Shown: in pieces, positions 16,133 to 24,112 of the stretch
Position numbering within the stretch: the stretch's first letter is position 1
How the letters are laid out: the number at the start of each line of letters is the position of its first letter
Assembly: GCA_041489255.1 (NCBI GenBank)
Contig: JBGPQV010000029.1
Span: 1-24,112 of the forward strand
DNA length: 24,112 nucleotides
Origin: Thermoplasmata archaeon
GTDB lineage: Archaea; Thermoplasmatota; Thermoplasmata; RBG-16-68-12; JAFNFQ01
Direction: 5' to 3'
Program-made: the position numbers and the translations under genes
The notes under the pieces: model-generated
What the model saw: only the letters and a program-made list of their open reading frames with translations
What the model was told of the DNA's origin: nothing
The model's database searches: none

Positions 16133-17229
16133 ACGGCGTGCAGCTGCGCGAGATTCGGGAGGGCCTTGCGAGACTGCTTGTCCCCGACATCCCGCGCGGC
16201 AGGGGCCCGGGAAAGGATACGGGTCTGCCCTTCTATAATCCGACTATGGAGAAGAACAGGGACATGACCGTGCTGCTCATGAGGGTGCTTGGGCGCCATG
16301 GTGTCACATTTCTGGACGGGCTGTCTGCGACGGGCGCGTTGGGAATCAGGGTGGCGCTTGAGGTTAGCGGGACCAGAGTGACGTGCAACGACCAGAGCAA
16401 AACTGCTTCGGAACTCATCCTGAGGAACGCCGAAATGAACGGTGTCAGGCTCGAGTCGGTCGTCAATGACAGAATCCAGGCCCACCTCTCCAAAACCAGC
16501 TACGAGTTCATAGACATAGACCCCTTTGGTACTCCCGTTCCGTACATGGACGTCGCTTTCCAGGCGGCCCCCAGGGATGGCTTGGTGGGGATTACCGCCA
16601 CGGACACCGCAGTTCTTTGCGGAGCCCAAACGAAAGCCTGCATCCGACACTACGAGGCGAGGCCGCTCCACATAGACTGCTGCAAGGAGGTCGGGCTGAG
16701 GATTCTGATCGGCTGCTGCGCGAGGGTGGCAGCCAGGCATGACAAGTCGATAACCCCGTTGCTTTCCTTCAGCACGGACCATTATATGCGGGCGATCATG
16801 GCAGTAGGTACCGGCGCGAGGAAGGCGGACGAGACTTTGAGCCGCATGGGGGACGTTGCTCACGATACGGAGACCGGGGAAAGGCTTCTCTCAATGGGCC
16901 CACCGCCGAATCAGATTTCCGCCGGGCCACTGTGGGCGGGCGGACTGCTCGATGAGGGCCTTGTCGCCCACCTCACACCCCTCCATCACATGCGCCACGA
17001 GACTTCGCAATTGGTCGGGCTCCTCAAGGCCGAGGTCGGCGCGCCCGGCCTTTTCTACGATACGGATTATCTGTCAAGGAAGCTGAGGGTGTCTCCGCCC
17101 AAGATGTCCGCACTAATCGATGCCTTGCACAAGGCGGGGTTCGTGGCTGTCAGGACCCATTTCAGCCCGGAGGGTATCAAGACCGACGCGGCGTGGGGCG
17201 AGCTGGTCGAGGTCTACAAGGGTGTGTAG
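16129..17229 (+). CDS. trm1: tRNA (guanine26-N2)-dimethyltransferase
   Basis: FYNPTMEKNRD, DGLSATGALGIR, IDIDPFGTP, TATD, EVGLRIL, AGPLW and RTHF.P.GIKTDA. TTGA start/stop overlap with the NTPase. Confidence 0.95.
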   Translation: MNGVQLREIREGLARLLVPDIPRGRGPGKDTGLPFYNPTMEKNRDMTVLLMRVLGRHGVTFLDGLSATGALGIRVALEVSGTRVTCNDQSKTASELILRNAEMNGVRLESVVNDRIQAHLSKTSYEFIDIDPFGTPVPYMDVAFQAAPRDGLVGITATDTAVLCGAQTKACIRHYEARPLHIDCCKEVGLRILIGCCARVAARHDKSITPLLSFSTDHYMRAIMAVGTGARKADETLSRMGDVAHDTETGERLLSMGPPPNQISAGPLWAGGLLDEGLVAHLTPLHHMRHETSQLVGLLKAEVGAPGLFYDTDYLSRKLRVSPPKMSALIDALHKAGFVAVRTHFSPEGIKTDAAWGELVEVYKGV

Positions 17230-17280
17230 GCTCGGGCCTGTTGGCTGATCGCGGTGCCAGCGCCGTTGACCCCGAGTGGC

Positions 17281-20200
17281 TCAAGGTGTTCGCGGGGGAG
17301 GTGGCGAGGGTGGCGGCTGCAGCGGCGGCGAGGGTGGCGGGAACTGTGACGTTCCCTGCTGCGGGGGCAACGTTCCCTGCATCGGAGGTTGCTGCAACAT
17401 CGGTCCGCCTTGCTGACCCCTCCGCTCCTTCTTCCTCTTTCCAAGAAGGATGACAAGCACGACGCTGATGACCACGACTACAACGATGATGACAATCGAC
17501 AAGAGGACCCACAAGAGTGGGAAACCTGCTGCTGCGTCGCCTGGCGTCACCGTCACGGCCCATGTCGAAGAGACGGAATCAATCCCGTCGGTGACCATGA
17601 CCATGATCACGAACGAGCCGATCGTGGAGGACTGGAAGCTGTGCAAGGGCGAATTCGTCCCGACTGGCATGATGTTCACCGTCCAGCTGTAGCTGAGGAC
17701 GTCATAGTCGGCGTCGCTGGCGACCACGCTGAACGCCTGAGAGACTCCTGTCTTAAGGTTCGCGACCGCGAACGATGGCGTCCTGGAGGTGATTACCGGT
17801 TCCCTGTTGACCACATAGATGGTCAACGAGGTCAGGTCCGTTGCACCGTCACTGTCCGTGACTGTCAGCGTCACGCCGAACGACTGTTTCGAGGAGTAGG
17901 TATGCGTGACTATCGCTCCGGTGTCGCCATCTCCATCGCCGAAATTCCAGCTGTAGGATGAAATCGAGCCATCCGAGTCTGTCGAGCCGGTGGCATCGAA
18001 AGTGAAGACCGTGGTCACGTAACCAGACGAAGCGGGCGATACGGATGCCTGAGCTATCGGAAGTTGGTTAGCGACCGTGACCGTGAATGTGTCCATGTCG
18101 CTCTGGCCGGACAAATCCCAAATCGTGAGATTCACGGTGAAAGTCCCGAGTGATGCATAGGTGTGCGAGATCCTTTCGACGTTCGAGGTGAAGCCATCGC
18201 CGAACTCCCATTGCCACGCCGAGAGACCAAGGTCGTCTGTGGAGTTGGCGGCGTCAAAGACGAAGACCGAGTCCCTGAACCCATTCGTCATGGGCCAGAC
18301 CCTCGCATTGGCCATCGGCGGATCATCCACGTCTGGCGCATCAATCGCGATGGTCGGTGCTCCCGTGGCCCAATCCGTTCCGTCGGAAGCGCTGAAGGAA
18401 TACGCATAGTCCAGGCCAGATGGTGCCAGCGTCGTCGAAGCGTTGTAGACTGCTCCCGCGACGTAGTCCCCAGGCGCGCCGATCCATGACTCCCATGCCA
18501 AGGGCAGCGTGCCCCATGCGGTGCCCGACGGCTTCTCGATCAGGACATCGATGCTCGCAGGTGCGTCGTTGTCAAGGTCGGAGTACATAACCCTGAAGGT
18601 GAACAACGTGGAGGTGGTTCCGAGCTCGACGTCCAATCCGTCCGTCACGTAATTGCCTATACCCAGCCAGTTCAGGGTCGGAGCCGTATTGATTATGTCG
18701 GGGGCGTCGATGGGCGCGGTGGAATCGGACGCGCCCCAAGGATCCGAGGCAGTGAAATAGAATGTGTAATCCAGGCCCATGGCGGGGAGTGTCAATCCGA
18801 AGTCGTAGTCCCTGCCTGCCGCGAAGTCGTCGGGAGCTCCGACCCATGCTCCGGGCGTCATGGCGAAAGGTGATCCGGTGATAGGGACGCCGGCTTTCTC
18901 GATCCAGAGCAGAGGATTCCCTGGAACCGGTGCCTCGTTGTCCGCGTCGCTGTATCTGACAGAGTAGGCGAACAATGTGGTCGTGCTGCCGATCAGAGGA
19001 GCCACGGATGGCACGCCCAGCATCGGAGGCGTGTTGAGGATGGCGCTCGTCGTGAAGTTCCAGTCTGCGCTCCATCCTGACGGCTCCCAACCGTCGCTTG
19101 AACCGACATGCCAGCAATAAGCGCTGCTGATGTTGGTGACGAACGCTCCGCTCACGTTCGATGGTCCCACGCCGCTGGCCATTATGGAGGCGTAAGTGCA
19201 TGTCCCGTTCTCCTCGACCTCCCATGCATACGTGATTGGGTCGCCCTCCGCGTCGAAAGCTGTATCCCAAGTCATTGTCTGCGCGGGAGAGGCCGGGATG
19301 ATCGCGTCGTCCGGCGGGCTAATGGGGAATGCTGGGGCCTGAGGCGGCGTGTTGATGCGGGATTCCACCTCCGCCCAGCTGCACCACTGGACACCATCGA
19401 AGACTTGCACCCGGAAGTAGTAGGTCGCACCGTCCACAAGCGCAGCGCCATTGTAATTGACTGACGTCGCTGCACCGACTCCTGCGGGCGGATCCCACAT
19501 GAGGACCCCGCTACCCGAAGGCCCAGTCCACACCTGTACCTTGTACTCGCTCTGCGGGTCGCCGTCGCCGTCTGCGTAGCTCCACGCGAGAGGCGGGTCT
19601 CCCGGGGGAGTGACTATATGCAAGATGTCTGCGGTGAGCGCTGCGAATCCATTGACCGTAAGTCCGGCAGCGGTCGGCGGGGTGTTGACGCGGCTGTTCC
19701 ACGATTGCATGGGGAACACGCCTGCGACCGAATTGCCGCCGGCGAGCACGATGTCGCTCGCACCGGTCACCTGCGCTCCTATCGTCGCTCCGCTTGTGGC
19801 GGCGGCGGAGAAGTCGTAGATGATCAGGAATCGCTCCGGCGTGCCCATGATTATGTTCTTCGCCAGGCCCGTGAAGCTCGCAGAGCCACCTGAGAAGGTC
19901 GCGGTGGCTCCCAGTTGGACGTCGATAGCCGCGTCCAGGATTCCATTGTCATTCATGTCGTCAAAGAACTTCACTCCTGCAATGTCAGAATCGACACCCG
20001 TGCCCGTGGCGGTGACGTTGATTGCGTCGAAAGTCGCCATCGGGATGTTCGCCTCCATGGTCAGGTTCGCCATGGCCACATCGGTCTGCCCCTGCACAAC
20101 AACGAACGGTGCACGGTCGATCCATGTCACGATGACATCTGCCACAGGTGGTTTGCCGAGCACCAGGTTTCCGTATTCCTCAAGCGCGGGAGAGCCCATC

Positions 20201-23200
20201 ATCGGGCCGAAAGCAAACGGCCAGGAAGCGAAGTAGCCGAAGCCCCACGAATCCGACACTCCTGCCTGAGAGGCCCCAGCCGGAGAACCTGAGGCGAAGC
20301 CCAACGTGTCTCCAGGGACTGCGCCGAGTATCGCGAGCGGAACCTGGAACTCGATGACTGGATGGCTCATTGCCTCCAAGGGGGTCTGCGTGAAGCTCCT
20401 CTGCAGGTCGAGGGTGGCGTGGTTCGGCAAGCTGGATTCGAAAGGCGCGTCTTCCACGACCCAAGTCGCCGTGGTCGCGTTGTAAATCCTGTGATTCTGG
20501 TACGACTCGCTCCAACCGCCGACGCTGAAGATGTGTTCCATGCCTTCAGTCGCCACAGCGTCATTGCCGGTGTCGAACGCGATCGCTGCGGAGTCTTCGA
20601 AGTCGGCTGTGTGGTCTCCGACGACATCATAGGCGATGTAGAGGTTCGTCGCGTCGTTCTTGAGGAACATGAAGTTGGAAAGGCGGTTCCCCATCACCGT
20701 TCGAGGGTCGACCTGGAGCGCATCTGACCATTCTCCTGGAGAGAACTGGCCGTCGATGCTTGGTGGCGACAAGGTCCAAGGCGAGAAAATCGTGGGAATC
20801 GCCGCGATGCCGCGGACGACGAGGAGGCCGGTTGCGAGCGGGAAGTTGATTGGGGACACGCTGTCGCTGGTCATCGTGTCGATGTTGACGTTTGTCGGCG
20901 AGGATATCGTCAGGCCTATGGTCGCCAATGGAGTGGCGACCGGCGACAGATCGATCACGAGCAGGATTGATTCTGTCGTGCCGCCCTGAACCCGAAGTCC
21001 ATTCCAGCCGAACATCGGGTCGAAGGTTATCCATGACATCCCGCCTGAGAATGAGCTAGCGCCAAGGAACTGGTCTGTCAATGGATCCAGGAGCGAGTCG
21101 TCATCGACGTCGTGGTAGACCCCGACCGCGGAGACGTCTTGGTCCGAGGATGTTCCGACCCGGTTGATGCTAATGCCCCGGATTTCGACGTAATTGCTGC
21201 CGAGACCTGAAGGCACACTCAATCCGACCGTGCCCATCACGACCCCTGTCTCAAAAGGCGCCGCGGTCAGTGGAGCCAGGTTCGTCATATCCATCGTGAG
21301 GACATCCGAGGCGTTCATCTGAATGAGGGAATCGAACGATTGTGCTGGCAGATTGACTGGCGAGAGGACCGTTAACGTTTGGAAGCGGGCGGAGGTGACA
21401 TTGTCGATTCGCACCCCAACCGTGTCCCCCACCATCGCCGTCGTGCTGATCTGATAGGTCAAGATGAAGTTGCGGGGCGAGCTTGCGTAGATTTCTATCG
21501 GGCCCATGAACGGCGTCATCCTTGCGACCCATCCGAACACCGGGCCGCCGGAGAACCAGCCGCCCGCGGCCCTCAAGTCCGTGCCGAGATCCAGGACGCC
21601 ATCATAGTCCATGTCCGCCCAGAGACCGACCTGCCCCATCGGGCCGAATCCGATGTCCATCGCGTTCGGGGGAATCCCAGTCAATGTCACGTTCAGCCAG
21701 TTTGCGTTGTCGATCCTGGCCATGCCCGTGTCCACTGCAATGGTGAAGTCCGCCATCACCACGTTCGAGTCTCCCGTGAAGACCGTGGCGGGCGCCCTGT
21801 CGTTCCATGATGTGATGCTCACCGTGTTGGGTGTCCCCGCAACGACGAGAGCGTTACTGGAGATGCCAGGGAATCCTCCCGGCGCTATGACCGCGTTGCA
21901 GGTGTCGGTCATCATCTCGGCCGCCGAGGCCACGGAGCCCCCGATCGTGTCGCCCGGAACCGCATAGGGCGAGACATCGAAGACGACCAGGATGCGTTCG
22001 CGGTTTGCCGCTCCCGCGTCTATGCGGAATGAAATGAAGAAGGATGCGACTCCCGTGTTGAACACGGCATTCGCCAGTTCTTTATCGATCAGGGGCTCAT
22101 AGAAACCGTCGTCGTTGCTGTCGGAGATGAGGTACGCTCGGTACACATCTGCATCGCGCGGGGGAGTTCCCGTCATGGTCACGTTGACCCGTGTCAGCCT
22201 GACCGAGCCGGTGTCCACCGTGGCGTTCATCTCGAGCATCACGACGCCCCCTTCGCCTTGCATCACCGTGGCGGGAGCCCGGCCGGAGAACGACGTTGTG
22301 AGGGTGCTTGTGGGGAATGCCACGACCGTCGTCGTGCTGGAATCGATCGGGGCGGCCGGGGCATAGCTGACTGTGTCGATGCCCGCAAGGGTGGCGGATG
22401 GGATGGTGTCGGAAATGCGAACCCCGAGCGTGTCTCCGGGGAGCGCCCTGCATTGACAGTCAACCACGATTAGCCAGCGCTGCGTGCTGGTCGGGGTGAT
22501 AATCATTGGAGTCGTGAAGGTCACGGTCACGATTCCTGCCGTCGGAGAAGTCGATCCGATGATGAGCTGATCGGTGGACGTGTCGACCCTTGAGTTGTCG
22601 TTCGTGTCGTTGTAGATGCGCACGTATACATTCGAGTCCGCGACGGTGCCCAGCTTCTGAACCCTGAAGAACCTGAGGCCTATCGCGCCCGACCCCGCGG
22701 TCATCACATACCGCTCCATCAGGACCGACTCTGTCTGCATGGCGCTGGCGGGAGCGAAGTCCTGCCCCATGATCGTGAGGACGTCTGCCACCGGCGGCGA
22801 TGGAGGCGTGTATCTGACGTTCGTGCCGTTCCTGAGCATCCCAGGGGCAACGGATCCCGAGTACTGGAGGCCCATGTCACCCTGCTGGCTCTCGATTCCG
22901 GAGGTGATCGAGGAGTAGCCGTTCGGGATGCCTCTGTACTGGATGTCGATGACACCGGTGTCTTTCATGATGATCTGGAATTGCACACGGTAGGTTGCGG
23001 AGAGGCTGACGTTGTCCCATGTCACGACGCTCTGGGTCGCTTGCTTGTCGAAATAGACCATCCCGCTGCCCGGGAGCGTCGGGTCGAGAGAGGCGGAGCC
23101 GAATCCGATGATGTCGGCGTTGGGAATGCCGCTACCGGGGAGATTGATGTTCGCCGTTGTGCCGGAGTTCAGCGCTCCGGCGAATTTCACGAAGCCGTTG

Positions 23201-23481
23201 GGGCAGACCATCACATTGTTGTAGGCAACGCCATAGAACGTGAAGCCTCCAAAGAGGAAGTCGTTTGCTCCTGGCACGTTGTCGCAGTTCGTCGGCATGT
23301 TGGCCACGACGCTGCCCGCCGCAGTAATCCATGAGTACGGCGCTGTGTCATCGTAGGTGTAGCCGAAAGCGTCGGGACCACCCGACAGTGCTAGAACCTG
23401 ACTTGGGGCGATCATGAAAAGCGCCGCAAGCGAAGTCGTCGTCAAGATGGCCACTGCTACGATGCTCTTGTTTCTGTTCAT
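17281..23481 (-). CDS. Giant multidomain cell-surface protein (2066 aa)
   Basis: Signal peptide, GGPDAFGY NIDO-like domain, five ~160-aa repeats with D-x-[ND]-x-[ND] motifs, CBM9/DOMON-like domain, FN3-like domains, two PKD domains (WEFGDG, WNFGDG), C-terminal TM and a Pro/Gln-rich tail. Confidence 0.9.
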   Translation of the reverse strand: MNRNKSIVAVAILTTTSLAALFMIAPSQVLALSGGPDAFGYTYDDTAPYSWITAAGSVVANMPTNCDNVPGANDFLFGGFTFYGVAYNNVMVCPNGFVKFAGALNSGTTANINLPGSGIPNADIIGFGSASLDPTLPGSGMVYFDKQATQSVVTWDNVSLSATYRVQFQIIMKDTGVIDIQYRGIPNGYSSITSGIESQQGDMGLQYSGSVAPGMLRNGTNVRYTPPSPPVADVLTIMGQDFAPASAMQTESVLMERYVMTAGSGAIGLRFFRVQKLGTVADSNVYVRIYNDTNDNSRVDTSTDQLIIGSTSPTAGIVTVTFTTPMIITPTSTQRWLIVVDCQCRALPGDTLGVRISDTIPSATLAGIDTVSYAPAAPIDSSTTTVVAFPTSTLTTSFSGRAPATVMQGEGGVVMLEMNATVDTGSVRLTRVNVTMTGTPPRDADVYRAYLISDSNDDGFYEPLIDKELANAVFNTGVASFFISFRIDAGAANRERILVVFDVSPYAVPGDTIGGSVASAAEMMTDTCNAVIAPGGFPGISSNALVVAGTPNTVSITSWNDRAPATVFTGDSNVVMADFTIAVDTGMARIDNANWLNVTLTGIPPNAMDIGFGPMGQVGLWADMDYDGVLDLGTDLRAAGGWFSGGPVFGWVARMTPFMGPIEIYASSPRNFILTYQISTTAMVGDTVGVRIDNVTSARFQTLTVLSPVNLPAQSFDSLIQMNASDVLTMDMTNLAPLTAAPFETGVVMGTVGLSVPSGLGSNYVEIRGISINRVGTSSDQDVSAVGVYHDVDDDSLLDPLTDQFLGASSFSGGMSWITFDPMFGWNGLRVQGGTTESILLVIDLSPVATPLATIGLTISSPTNVNIDTMTSDSVSPINFPLATGLLVVRGIAAIPTIFSPWTLSPPSIDGQFSPGEWSDALQVDPRTVMGNRLSNFMFLKNDATNLYIAYDVVGDHTADFEDSAAIAFDTGNDAVATEGMEHIFSVGGWSESYQNHRIYNATTATWVVEDAPFESSLPNHATLDLQRSFTQTPLEAMSHPVIEFQVPLAILGAVPGDTLGFASGSPAGASQAGVSDSWGFGYFASWPFAFGPMMGSPALEEYGNLVLGKPPVADVIVTWIDRAPFVVVQGQTDVAMANLTMEANIPMATFDAINVTATGTGVDSDIAGVKFFDDMNDNGILDAAIDVQLGATATFSGGSASFTGLAKNIIMGTPERFLIIYDFSAAATSGATIGAQVTGASDIVLAGGNSVAGVFPMQSWNSRVNTPPTAAGLTVNGFAALTADILHIVTPPGDPPLAWSYADGDGDPQSEYKVQVWTGPSGSGVLMWDPPAGVGAATSVNYNGAALVDGATYYFRVQVFDGVQWCSWAEVESRINTPPQAPAFPISPPDDAIIPASPAQTMTWDTAFDAEGDPITYAWEVEENGTCTYASIMASGVGPSNVSGAFVTNISSAYCWHVGSSDGWEPSGWSADWNFTTSAILNTPPMLGVPSVAPLIGSTTTLFAYSVRYSDADNEAPVPGNPLLWIEKAGVPITGSPFAMTPGAWVGAPDDFAAGRDYDFGLTLPAMGLDYTFYFTASDPWGASDSTAPIDAPDIINTAPTLNWLGIGNYVTDGLDVELGTTSTLFTFRVMYSDLDNDAPASIDVLIEKPSGTAWGTLPLAWESWIGAPGDYVAGAVYNASTTLAPSGLDYAYSFSASDGTDWATGAPTIAIDAPDVDDPPMANARVWPMTNGFRDSVFVFDAANSTDDLGLSAWQWEFGDGFTSNVERISHTYASLGTFTVNLTIWDLSGQSDMDTFTVTVANQLPIAQASVSPASSGYVTTVFTFDATGSTDSDGSISSYSWNFGDGDGDTGAIVTHTYSSKQSFGVTLTVTDSDGATDLTSLTIYVVNREPVITSRTPSFAVANLKTGVSQAFSVVASDADYDVLSYSWTVNIMPVGTNSPLHSFQSSTIGSFVIMVMVTDGIDSVSSTWAVTVTPGDAAAGFPLLWVLLSIVIIVVVVVISVVLVILLGKRKKERRGQQGGPMLQQPPMQGTLPPQQGTSQFPPPSPPLQPPPSPPPPRTP

Positions 23482-23622
23482 TGGAGTCCACGCTCTTGAT
23501 GCCGACCCTCATTACACGATATTTCAGCGCTTTGGCGTGATTCTGGATTCTGATTCTCACAGGGTATCATCTGGCGGCGAAATCGTGACGGACGGCAGCT
23601 TCGCTCACTCTTTTGTTTGCGA

Positions 23623-23632
23623 GAAAAAATAT
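23623..23632 (-). terminator. Oligo-T terminator candidate downstream of 23S rRNA
   Basis: The minus strand reads TATATTTTTTC after the rRNA trailer hairpins. Confidence 0.45.
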
Positions 23633-23689
23633 AGGTCATATGCAGCCTGTTTGACGGCTAAGCCGTCTTTGCACCACCGACGTGGTACT

Positions 23690-24112
<423 letters not shown>

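Noticed and set aside
23539-23558. GATTCT triple microrepeat upstream of the surface-protein gene
   Set aside because: Too short to distinguish from chance.

Overview
Compact, GC-rich (roughly 60%) archaeal chromosomal segment, probably from a Thermoplasmatota lineage; the lineage call is an inference from archaeal-type genes, TATA promoters, BHB introns and a 23S gene with no linked 5S. It begins with the 5' end of a probable IS481-family element, a small membrane protein, and a cdrS-like double ribbon-helix-helix gene upstream of a truncated, motif-altered FtsZ homologue, with a ~120-nt structured element between those two genes. Next come a LeuRS with altered HIGH/KMSKS motifs, a tRNA-Lys(CTT) with two introns (37/38 and 59/60), a GPN-loop GTPase, an AbrB-PhoU regulator, and TIGR00725/LOG-like, TPR, membrane nuclease-fold and wHTH proteins. 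These are followed by a radical SAM enzyme, a methyltransferase, psd-pssA-mptD, an APC permease-USP fusion and NTPase-trm1. The window ends with a 2066-aa multi-repeat surface protein and the 3' end of 23S rRNA, which carries substitutions in the peptidyl-transferase centre. The best candidate for an undescribed system is the RHH / structured leader / truncated FtsZ unit. All calls were made by eye, without database searches.
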